Shown here: one piece after another, positions 52,978 to 61,563 of the stretch | How positions within the stretch are numbered: the first letter of the stretch is position 1 | Layout: each line of letters begins with the position of its first letter | NCBI GenBank assembly: GCA_036960375.1 | Contig: JBALVY010000001.1 | Coordinates: forward strand, 576,563-640,562 | DNA from: Pseudomonadales bacterium | GTDB lineage: Bacteria; Pseudomonadota; Gammaproteobacteria; Pseudomonadales; CAWVSB01 | Direction: 5' to 3' | DNA: 64,000 nt | Program-made: the position numbers and the translations under genes | The notes under the pieces: model-generated | What the model was told of the DNA's origin: nothing | The model's input: only the letters and a program-made list of their open reading frames with translations | The model's database searches: none

Positions 52978-54018
52978 ATGAAGTTAGGGGCTTTGCTGGG
53001 GTATTCTGGACGAAAAATCCAGATCAGTATTGAATTGATAAAATACGCTGAGAGTTTGGGTTACGACTCGGTTTGGACGTCTGAGGCCTATGGCTCAGAT
53101 GCGATCACAGTGGCTACCTGGATACTGGCACAAACGGAGAAAATTCGTGTGGGTACGGCCATTATGCAAATGCCGGCGCGTACTCCTGCCATGGCTGCTA
53201 TGACAGCTATGTCGTTGGCACAGCTTTCTGATAATCGCTTTATCGCAGGTTTAGGGGCATCGGGCCCTCAAGTGGTTGAGGGCTGGCATGGCGTACCCTA
53301 TGGTAAGCCTGTGACACGTACGCGTGAATACATACAGATCATGCGGGAGATCATGGCGCGTAAAGGCCCAGTGGAATTTAATGGCGATGTTTACCAAATG
53401 CCCAATAACAGCGAGGGCACCACAGGTTTAGGAAAGCCACTTAAAACAATACTAGATCCCAACCCTGACATTCCTATTTATACAGCATCGATTACCCCCG
53501 CTGGGCTGCGTTGCGCGGGGGCTGAGGCCGATGGTGTCTTTCCCGTATGGATGGATCCCGATAAATACGATGTCATTGGTGAACATCTGCAAAAAGGTTT
53601 CGATGCATCAGGCACCGCTAAGAGTTTGAAAAATTTCGATGTGGCGCCGTTTGTTTCAATCGCGATGCAGGATGACTTAGAGGCGGCGTTTGATTCCCTG
53701 CGTCCTTGGTTAGCCCTTTACATTGGCGGAATGGGCGCAAAGGGTAAGAACTTCTATAACGACTATGCCACACGTTTGGGTTATGGCGATGCTGCCGAGC
53801 GAATCCAAGACTTGTATTTAAGTGGCAAAAAATCCGAAGCGGAAGCGCTAGTACCTAACGCACTAATTGATGAGGTGGCTTTGGTCGGCCCCGCAGGGCG
53901 TATACGCGAAAGGCTACAGCGCTGGAAAGACGCAGGCCGCCGTGGCGAAGTGGGCACAATGATAGTTAGTGTTTATGAGCCGGAAGTAATGAAGCTACTC
54001 GCGGATGAATTGCTGTAA
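52978..54018 (+). CDS. Luciferase-like monooxygenase (LLM) family oxidoreductase, of the class usually annotated F420-dependent
   Basis: 346 aa from ATG 52978 (RBS AAGGGTG). MKLGALLGYSG...AESLGYDSVWTSEAYGSDAITVATWILAQTEKIRVGTAIMQMPARTPAMAAMTAMSLAQLSDNRFIAGLGASGPQVVEGWHG. The cofactor cannot be read from the sequence. Confidence 0.8.
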   Translation: MKLGALLGYSGRKIQISIELIKYAESLGYDSVWTSEAYGSDAITVATWILAQTEKIRVGTAIMQMPARTPAMAAMTAMSLAQLSDNRFIAGLGASGPQVVEGWHGVPYGKPVTRTREYIQIMREIMARKGPVEFNGDVYQMPNNSEGTTGLGKPLKTILDPNPDIPIYTASITPAGLRCAGAEADGVFPVWMDPDKYDVIGEHLQKGFDASGTAKSLKNFDVAPFVSIAMQDDLEAAFDSLRPWLALYIGGMGAKGKNFYNDYATRLGYGDAAERIQDLYLSGKKSEAEALVPNALIDEVALVGPAGRIRERLQRWKDAGRRGEVGTMIVSVYEPEVMKLLADELL

Positions 54019-54039
54019 TAAATTGTTAAGAGGAGTTCA

Positions 54040-55227
54040 ATGATGAGTGATCTCGAAAAATTTCGTTTAGAAACCCGAACGTGGCTGGAAGACAATTGTC
54101 CACAGTCACAGAGGGAGCCGATTACCAGTGGGGCAGATCAGTACTGGGGAGGCCGTAATCCTGAGACAAATCATCCAGACCAAAAGGTCTGGGTAGACCG
54201 TATGGGCGCCAAGGGTTGGACCACACCAGAATGGCCAGCCGAATATGGCGGCGGCGGTTTAAACAAACAAGAAACAAAAATTTTGGCTGAGGAAATGCGA
54301 GTGATCGGCGCACGTACCCCTCTCTACAGCTTCGGTATATCCATGCTTGGGCCAGCACTAATAATGCATGGCTCAGAAGAACAAAAGCACGAGCATATAC
54401 CCAAAATTATTCGTGGTGAAATTCGTTGGTGTCAGGGTTACTCAGAGCCGGGTGCGGGTTCAGATTTGGCAAGTTTACAAACGAAGGCCGAGGACATGGG
54501 CGATCATTACCGCGTCAATGGCTCTAAGGTATGGACGTCTGATGCCGACAAATCTGATTGGATTTTTTGCTTAACACGTACGGATAACACCGGCACCAAG
54601 CACCAAGGAATTAGCATACTGTTGTTCGATATGCGTAGCGAAGGTGTAACAACAAAACCCATATTATTAATTAGCGGTTACTCTCCCTTTTGCGAAACCT
54701 TTTTCGATAATGTCAGCGTTCCTAAAGGCAACTTGATGGGGCCAGAGGGTGAAGGTTGGGCGATTGCTAAGTACATACTAACGCATGAGCGTGAAATGAT
54801 ATCCGAAGCGGGAAATTCAGCCGGTGATGGAGTGAATTTGGGTCAACAGGCGATTGAAGCGATCGGCGTTGACGAGCAGGGGCGCTTAGATGATCCGATT
54901 TTACGTCAACAAATTGCAAAATTAGAATTGGATAGCCTGGCGTTTACTAACACCTTGGTACGAGTCGGAGACGAAAGTAAATCGACTCAAGGTATGGGCG
55001 CGGCTTCATCTATTTTTAAATATTACGGCACTGAACTGAACAAGCGTCGATTTGAAATTCTGATGGCTGCATCCGGCAGCAATGGTTTAGGTTGGGACGG
55101 TGATAAATATGAGGGCGGACTATTACCGCGTGCTTGGTTACGTACCAAAGCGAATACCATTGAAGGTGGTACCTCCGAGGTTCAATTAAACATTATATCC
55201 AAGCGTGTTCTGGGTTTACCCAGTTAA
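54040..55227 (+). CDS. Acyl-CoA dehydrogenase family protein (catalytic-type subunit)
   Basis: 395 aa. FadE-like N-terminus. The C-terminal TIEGGTSEVQ keeps the catalytic Glu position. Confidence 0.85.
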   Translation: MMSDLEKFRLETRTWLEDNCPQSQREPITSGADQYWGGRNPETNHPDQKVWVDRMGAKGWTTPEWPAEYGGGGLNKQETKILAEEMRVIGARTPLYSFGISMLGPALIMHGSEEQKHEHIPKIIRGEIRWCQGYSEPGAGSDLASLQTKAEDMGDHYRVNGSKVWTSDADKSDWIFCLTRTDNTGTKHQGISILLFDMRSEGVTTKPILLISGYSPFCETFFDNVSVPKGNLMGPEGEGWAIAKYILTHEREMISEAGNSAGDGVNLGQQAIEAIGVDEQGRLDDPILRQQIAKLELDSLAFTNTLVRVGDESKSTQGMGAASSIFKYYGTELNKRRFEILMAASGSNGLGWDGDKYEGGLLPRAWLRTKANTIEGGTSEVQLNIISKRVLGLPS

Positions 55228-55250
55228 CAGAGGCGTAAGAGGAACAGACT

Positions 55251-56384
55251 ATGGCATTGGTATTAAGTGAAGAGCAGTTAATGTTAAAAGATTCTGCGAC
55301 GGGGTTTCTTTCAGATAAAGCACCTGTGGCGGCATTGCGTAAGTTACGCGATGAAAAAAACGCTACGGGTTATTGTAAAAAACTATGGCGTGAAATGGTC
55401 GAGATGGGTTGGGCGGGTATTACCATTCCTGAAGAATTTGGCGGTGCAGGATACGGTTATACGGGTCTGGGAATTATCCTTGAACAAGTGGGTCGCAACC
55501 TCACTGCCTCGCCACTGGAGTCGACGGTATTGGTTGCTGCAACGGTCATTAGCGAAGCCGGTACTCAAGCACAAAAGGAAGCGCTGTTACCGGCGATTGC
55601 CTCAGGTGAATTACTGGTGAGCTTAGCTTTGCAGGAAGGGGCACTCCATGCGCCACATAAAACCGCTACAACCGCCGTGCCACAAGGTGATGGATATGTA
55701 TTAAACGGCTGCAAAACATTGGTGCTAGACGCCCATGTTGCAAACCAGTTTATTATTGTGGCGCGAATAAGTGGTGCTGTTGGCGATGCCAATGGCTTAG
55801 GTCTATTTTTGGTAGACGCCGATCAGGTTGAAGTCTCACGCGATATTATGGTCGATAGCCGTAATTATGGAACGCTGACCATAACGAATGTTAGTGTCAG
55901 CTCAAGTGCGATATTGGGGCGGCTGGAAACGGCAGATGCCTCATTAAGCCGGTCGTTGGATATTGCCAATATTGGTCTCAGCGCACAGTTGCTCGGTTTA
56001 TCAATGGAGGCCTATGAGCGCACCCTAGAATACCTGAAGCAGCGCGAGCAGTTTGGAGAGCTTATAGGTAGCTTTCAGGCCTTACAGCACCGCGCAGCAG
56101 AAATGTATACGGAACTAGAGTTATGTAAATCGATGGTTTTACGGTCACTTCAAGCCATTGACAACAACGATACCCAGTTATCATTGTTAGCGACGGGGAC
56201 GAAGGCAAAGTTATGTGAGGTAGCCGAGATCGTGACAAACGAAGCCATTCAAATGCATGGTGGCATTGGCATGACAGATGAGTTCGAAATAGGTTTCTTT
56301 ATTAAACGTGCAAGAGCGGTACAGGTAACCTTTGGTGGTTATAGTTATCACATTGATCGCTTTGCTAAACTCAGTGGCTTTTGA
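55251..56384 (+). CDS. Acyl-CoA dehydrogenase family protein lacking the canonical catalytic Glu (partner-type subunit)
   Basis: 377 aa with the ACAD fold. The equivalent C-terminal motif reads VTFGGYSYH, with Phe where Glu is expected. Confidence 0.8.
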   Translation: MALVLSEEQLMLKDSATGFLSDKAPVAALRKLRDEKNATGYCKKLWREMVEMGWAGITIPEEFGGAGYGYTGLGIILEQVGRNLTASPLESTVLVAATVISEAGTQAQKEALLPAIASGELLVSLALQEGALHAPHKTATTAVPQGDGYVLNGCKTLVLDAHVANQFIIVARISGAVGDANGLGLFLVDADQVEVSRDIMVDSRNYGTLTITNVSVSSSAILGRLETADASLSRSLDIANIGLSAQLLGLSMEAYERTLEYLKQREQFGELIGSFQALQHRAAEMYTELELCKSMVLRSLQAIDNNDTQLSLLATGTKAKLCEVAEIVTNEAIQMHGGIGMTDEFEIGFFIKRARAVQVTFGGYSYHIDRFAKLSGF

Positions 56385-56452
56385 TTAAAAGGCTTTACCA
56401 CCAGCTTAGCGACGATACAAGCTGTCGTTATATAAAAGTTGAAGGAGTACAA

Positions 56453-57229
56453 ATGTCTAATGAATTTTGTAGTGTCGAACGCGATGGTCATTTAACCATT
56501 GTCACGCTTAATCGGCCCGAAGTGATGAACGCCGTTCATCCATTAATGAGCTATGAACTCGATGTTATCTGGAACGATTTTGAGAGTGATCCCGATCAAT
56601 GGGTTGCTATTATTACCGGTGCGGGAGACCGTGCTTTTTCGGCGGGTAATGACCTAAAATATGCGGCGAGTGGAGGTAGTATTACTCTGCCTGACAGTGG
56701 CTTTGCTGGGATTACCAATCGCTTTAACATGACTAAGCCCGTTATCGCGGCCGTGAATGGTACTACCATGGGCGGCGGGTTTGAAATTGCGTTAATGGCT
56801 GACATTATTATAGCCGCTGAAAATGCTGTATTTTCATTCCCTGAGCCCAAAGTAGGGTTGGCTGCTTTATCCGGTGGTATGCATCGTCTGCCACGAATGA
56901 TTCCTTATCAGCAGGCGATGGGTATGCTGTTAACATGTCGTCAGGTTGCCGCGGCGGAAGGTAAAGCAATGGGTTTTGTCACAGAGGTCGTTCCGCAAGG
57001 GTCGGCGCTGGAGGAGGCAAAGAAATGTGCAGCCATGATTTTAGAGTGCTCTCCCATGTCTATCAGAGCGACAAAAGAATCAGTAGTTGAAGGTTTGAAG
57101 GAAAAAGACGTAGAGACAGCGATGTCTATACATTACCCTTCTATAGTAGCTCTATTTAATAGTGAAGACATTCGTGAAGGCCCGACAGCTTTTGCGGAAA
57201 AGCGTGCGCCTCAATGGAAGGGTCGTTAA
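56453..57229 (+). CDS. Enoyl-CoA hydratase/isomerase (crotonase) family
   Basis: 258 aa from ATG 56453 (RBS GAAGGAG; MSNEFCSVERDGHLTIVTLNRPEVMNA). TGAGDRAFSAGNDL and NGTTMGGGFEIALMAD. Confidence 0.85.
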   Translation: MSNEFCSVERDGHLTIVTLNRPEVMNAVHPLMSYELDVIWNDFESDPDQWVAIITGAGDRAFSAGNDLKYAASGGSITLPDSGFAGITNRFNMTKPVIAAVNGTTMGGGFEIALMADIIIAAENAVFSFPEPKVGLAALSGGMHRLPRMIPYQQAMGMLLTCRQVAAAEGKAMGFVTEVVPQGSALEEAKKCAAMILECSPMSIRATKESVVEGLKEKDVETAMSIHYPSIVALFNSEDIREGPTAFAEKRAPQWKGR

Positions 57230-57240
57230 GCGATAAAAAC

Positions 57241-57269
57241 GCCACTAGTCATAGTGGCTTTTGTATTTT
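57241..57269. terminator. Bidirectional rho-independent terminator
   Basis: GCCACTA-gtca-TAGTGGC hairpin, followed by TTTTGTATTTT on the plus strand and preceded by AAAAA, which gives a T5 run for the minus strand. Confidence 0.55.
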
Positions 57270-58818
57270 ATATTTTCCTATTACTGCCCTGCCAATAAGG
57301 ATCTTTAAGTAGGCGTTTATATAGTTTTCCTGTTTCATGGCGGGGCATGACGTCTAGGTAGTCGATACTTTTGGGGGCTTTATAACCGGCCAACAGATTA
57401 CGGCAATGAGCAATAAGATCGTTCGTTAACGTTTCGTTTTCATCGTGACCGGGCATGAGACAAATTGCGGCCTTAACCTCTTCACCGTATTCCTTATTGG
57501 GAATTCCAAACACGGCAACATCATATACAGCAGGATGGGTAGATAACGCCGTTTCAATTTCAGCCGGATAAATATTAACACCGCCAGAAATAATCATATC
57601 GATCTTGCGGTCGCTCAAAAATAAGTAACCGTCCTCATCCAAATAACCGATGTCACCAAAGGTAAACAATCCGGGCGCTAAGTGTGCCGCCTGTGTTTTT
57701 TCAGGCTCGTTGTGATATTCGAATTCGCTACCCGTTAGATTGCGTACATAGATATCCCCGGTGTCACCCTGAGCGACTTCATTGCCATTATCGTCTATGA
57801 TTTTTATTTCCACTGTTGGCGTCGGTTTGCCCATAGTGCCGGGTTTATCGAGCCAATCTTGAGTACTGCTTATGGCAACAATCGATCCCTCAGTTGAGCC
57901 ATAGTACTCGTTAATTACTGGTCCCCACCAATCAATCATTTGTTGTTTTACTTCGGGCCCACAGGGTGCTGCACCGTGCCACACAGCGTCGAGGCTGTTG
58001 CCACTAAATGTGTGGCGAATGCTATCACTCAAATCCAGCAGTCGATGGAATTGAGTCGGTACCATATGCACATTGGTGACTTGATGTTCGTCAATCAGTT
58101 GCAGTGTTTCCGCCGGGTCGAATTTATGACGAATAACGACTGTGCTGCCGATGATCAAGGCAGGAAACGAAAACGCCCATTGTCCGGAGTGATAAATGGG
58201 GCCACACAAAAGCGTGGTGCCGCTCGCTTGTATCGTTAGCATAGCGGTCATGCCCTCAGCGATCATTGGCAATATTTCTATCGGAACAGGCTCACCGTTA
58301 GTGATGGTTTTTACACCTTTCGGTTTACCGGTGGTGCCCGATGTATAAAACATCGAAGCCCCCAAGTATTCAACACTAGGCTCGTCGCTTGAGTGCTCAC
58401 CTAGATAGTGTTCATAGTCGATAAACCCTGGTATAGGCCCTTCCATTGATTGCCGAATACTAATGCACTGTATATTTTGAAGTTGGGTGGCATGTTCAAT
58501 GAACTGCCCCTCAATAAATAACTGCTTACAACCGGCGTCATCAATAACGTAAGCGAGTTCCTTGGCGGTGAAGTGCCAATTGACAGGGACGTAAATTATT
58601 CCGGCGTGAGTTGCCGCCGTCAGCAGTTCAAAATATTCACGGCAATTACCGGCGAAGATAGCAATCGTATCTCCTTGGTGAATACCGTTAGCAGAAAACG
58701 CCGCTATTAACTGATTCACTCGGGAGTTTAACTCCTTCCATGAAGTTTTCCCTCTTTCATCAATCAGTGCTGGATCAGTTCCACGGAGATCAGCATGCGC
58801 CTTAATATACCTTGCCAT
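57268..58818 (-). CDS. AMP-dependent acyl-CoA synthetase/ligase
   Basis: 516 aa. AMP-binding motifs MFYTSGTTGKPKGV, YGSTEG and GDIGYLDEDGYLFLSDRKIDMIISGGVNIYPAEIE. Confidence 0.85.
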   Translation of the reverse strand: MARYIKAHADLRGTDPALIDERGKTSWKELNSRVNQLIAAFSANGIHQGDTIAIFAGNCREYFELLTAATHAGIIYVPVNWHFTAKELAYVIDDAGCKQLFIEGQFIEHATQLQNIQCISIRQSMEGPIPGFIDYEHYLGEHSSDEPSVEYLGASMFYTSGTTGKPKGVKTITNGEPVPIEILPMIAEGMTAMLTIQASGTTLLCGPIYHSGQWAFSFPALIIGSTVVIRHKFDPAETLQLIDEHQVTNVHMVPTQFHRLLDLSDSIRHTFSGNSLDAVWHGAAPCGPEVKQQMIDWWGPVINEYYGSTEGSIVAISSTQDWLDKPGTMGKPTPTVEIKIIDDNGNEVAQGDTGDIYVRNLTGSEFEYHNEPEKTQAAHLAPGLFTFGDIGYLDEDGYLFLSDRKIDMIISGGVNIYPAEIETALSTHPAVYDVAVFGIPNKEYGEEVKAAICLMPGHDENETLTNDLIAHCRNLLAGYKAPKSIDYLDVMPRHETGKLYKRLLKDPYWQGSNRKI

Positions 58819-58829
58819 GAGGCTCCTTA

Positions 58830-60272
58830 TTAACTGTTCGATGCGATGGGTGAATGGGTACTGCTAGGTCTGTTAGCTAATTGACTACGTACATCATCCA
58901 ATCTCGATCGAGATAATTGGTAGCGGCTATAGACAGCGATGACCACAAAACAGATACACATTAGACCTGGGCCATAGACCCAAGCTAGGCGATTAACCAT
59001 GGTGTCTGTTACTAATGCGGCATCGGTGATGCCATCGAGGCCAGCAAAATCGATGGCAATCCCGGCGAAAAATGCCCCTAGGCCAAACGTCATTTTTTGC
59101 GCAAGCATCATACCGGAATAGATAATTCCCTCTTGTCGCATGCCCGATTTTAGTTCTAGTTCGTCGGCTATGTCCGGCACCATGCCGCCAGCGATATTGC
59201 CATTGGCAATGTAAAAGGTTTGCTGTAAGGCGACAAAAACACAGACAAAGATCAGTAAACCGATACTGCCCGCTGGCGGTGTAAATTCATATAAATACGC
59301 CATTACTGGCACGGGTCCGATAAGCGCCATACAAAAAGTGACAACGATAATGCCTCGTTTTTTACCCAAACGGTGGACAACACGCTTAGCTATCCATGCA
59401 GCAGGTAACAAACTGAAAAATATACACAGCATAAAAATGCCTATTTGTTCGCTGCTAAATCCATAAATATAGTTGTTAACATGGAGCAGCATGGTATTGC
59501 CCATACCCACAGCGGTGATCAAGATGACGTTGGCGCCAAGATATACTCTGGCAGAGTGGTGTTTAAGCATAGTCACCACATCACCAAAGGCGTAATACCA
59601 TGGTCTGGCCTGTTGGGCCTCACTGGTTTGTGCAAGATATTGAATGCGGTCGCGGGTCCCCCAAAAAGCCATTATCATGCCGAATGCCGCAATGCCCGCC
59701 GCAACAAATCCAATGTCACGATAACCACTGGCAACCATTCCGGCCGCAGTTGCTGCAGGGATTAATACAAACCACGCGATCACTTGAATACTTAGACCGC
59801 CGGTATAGCCCACAAGGTTGCGGTACGTTGATATGCTGTTGCGCTCTTCGTAGTCGTTCGATAACTCCGCCCCCAAGGCCAAGTGTGGCACGGTAAATAG
59901 TGTTAGGCATGTACGAATAATAATGGCATTGCCGAGATACCAAGCAAACAATAAATTTTGAGAGAGATCCTGTGGCGGGTTAAAAATGGCGATTAAAAAT
60001 AGTGGGAAAGGAATAATAGCCAGCGCCATGAATGGGTGTCGTCGGCCCCATTTACCACCTTTCCAATTGTCAGAAACCTGGCCAATAATAGGATCGGAAA
60101 TGGCGTCAGCAATTAATGCGAGTAGGGCAGCTAAACCGGCAAGGCTAGCTGATAATCCCATAAATTGTGTGTAGTAAAAAAAGAGAAAGTAGTGAAAAGA
60201 GACATCTTTAGCAGACCAGGAAAACTGCCCTAAACTATAGGTAAATTTGGTGCGAAAACTCAGTGAAGACAT
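58830..60272 (-). CDS. MFS transporter, GPH family
   Basis: 480 aa with about 12 TM segments. DPIIGQVSDNWKGGKWGRRHPFMAL signature. Distant paralog of 14670..16079. Confidence 0.8.
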   Translation of the reverse strand: MSSLSFRTKFTYSLGQFSWSAKDVSFHYFLFFYYTQFMGLSASLAGLAALLALIADAISDPIIGQVSDNWKGGKWGRRHPFMALAIIPFPLFLIAIFNPPQDLSQNLLFAWYLGNAIIIRTCLTLFTVPHLALGAELSNDYEERNSISTYRNLVGYTGGLSIQVIAWFVLIPAATAAGMVASGYRDIGFVAAGIAAFGMIMAFWGTRDRIQYLAQTSEAQQARPWYYAFGDVVTMLKHHSARVYLGANVILITAVGMGNTMLLHVNNYIYGFSSEQIGIFMLCIFFSLLPAAWIAKRVVHRLGKKRGIIVVTFCMALIGPVPVMAYLYEFTPPAGSIGLLIFVCVFVALQQTFYIANGNIAGGMVPDIADELELKSGMRQEGIIYSGMMLAQKMTFGLGAFFAGIAIDFAGLDGITDAALVTDTMVNRLAWVYGPGLMCICFVVIAVYSRYQLSRSRLDDVRSQLANRPSSTHSPIASNS

Positions 60273-60318
60273 AATAATACCGCGACGACAATTAGTGTGG
60301 TGTGGCTAGTTGAACGGA

Positions 60319-61473
60319 TCACAGAGCTAACCCCGCATTGACGAGATATTTGTTCGACCTCAATTTCGCATTACTGTGAATATTCATATAGAACAGGGAA
60401 TAATCGAGCTGGTGATAAGTGCCCATTACATCGACATCGAAACCCGATGACTGTGATGGGTTTACATAGAGTGTCCCGTCCTTACATTGAGCCGAGGTAA
60501 GTTTGGCGATGGGTTTCCCCAGTTGCTCTATTGACTGATTGCTAGCGACATCCGCACTTCTGCCCATCGCAGCATTAAGCGTGCCAGCTGGGAGGAGTGC
60601 ACCATGATTGAGGCTGGCTGCAGCCAGCTCTTCATCAACACGCCATGATAGAGGATTGGTGCATAAACTTTTTTCAGGACGCTCATAGGGCAGTGCACCT
60701 TCGGGCATCGTATCCCAGTGCACAACACAGTGAAGCTCGTCGGCAGCACGACATGACTTTATGTGATTCATTGAATCAAACCATGATGGTGACATTGGAA
60801 TTAAGGTAGAGCCAATTAAATAAGCTGATACCATCCGTTTATGTAAGTCACTGACATCAATAACTTCCTTCAGCAGACGCGTGGCATGGTGAGTGCCTTG
60901 GCTGTGACTGGCAATAATGAAGGGCCGGCCTTCATTGCTATGTTGGAGATAATGTTCAAAGGCTCGCTTCACGTCTTGATAGGCAAAGCTAAGTACTTCG
61001 TCGCGATCAGATGCCGATCCAAAGTAGGCAAATATATTCGCTTGACGGTATCTGGGGGCGTAAATATTACAGCAGCCGTTAAAGGCGCTAGCTTGGTTGG
61101 CCAGCATAAACTGGGTGTTTTCTTCCGTTCCGGAGTTCATGTCCATGGGCGCGGTCCAGCTTCCTGAAGTCAGAAGACCCGTGGGATGAATAAAAAAAAC
61201 ATCGACGGCTTGCTCCCCTTGAAGACGCTGAACATCAATGCCATCGGGTACGAGATCAGCAGGGTCCTGTTTTGTTGGCAGGGATGCCCAGTTACTGGGA
61301 AGATTATAGTCCGGTGGGGCAACGGCATCCTTTGGATCAAATTCTCCGGCAGGTTTGTTGTATGCAGTAAAAGCCATAAAAAAAAGACTTCCACCTAAGC
61401 CCGTAACAGAAAGTGCAATAGCGATCGCAGCTACACTGGCTACGGTAAGCCCTATTATTTTGATGGCCTTCAT
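60319..61473 (-). CDS. DUF3089-type alpha/beta-hydrolase (lipase-like) protein, membrane-anchored or secreted
   Basis: 384 aa. N-terminal hydrophobic anchor MKAIKIIGLTVASVAAIAIALSVTG. VFFIHPTG. Nucleophile elbow IASHSQGTHH. Confidence 0.7.
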   Translation of the reverse strand: MKAIKIIGLTVASVAAIAIALSVTGLGGSLFFMAFTAYNKPAGEFDPKDAVAPPDYNLPSNWASLPTKQDPADLVPDGIDVQRLQGEQAVDVFFIHPTGLLTSGSWTAPMDMNSGTEENTQFMLANQASAFNGCCNIYAPRYRQANIFAYFGSASDRDEVLSFAYQDVKRAFEHYLQHSNEGRPFIIASHSQGTHHATRLLKEVIDVSDLHKRMVSAYLIGSTLIPMSPSWFDSMNHIKSCRAADELHCVVHWDTMPEGALPYERPEKSLCTNPLSWRVDEELAAASLNHGALLPAGTLNAAMGRSADVASNQSIEQLGKPIAKLTSAQCKDGTLYVNPSQSSGFDVDVMGTYHQLDYSLFYMNIHSNAKLRSNKYLVNAGLAL

Positions 61474-61563
61474 TTCTATCCCTTAACGAGTTAGATATTT
61501 TGACAGTAGTCACTCCCGCACAATGTACTGGAGTGACTACGGATACAGCTTATCAATTTGCTA

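Noticed and set aside
52978-54018. Asserting that the LLM oxidoreductase is F420-dependent.
   Set aside because: The by-eye resemblance is to the LLM class usually annotated that way. FMN versus F420 specificity cannot be read from the sequence here. The only F420-linked neighbour (npdG) is a pseudogene.
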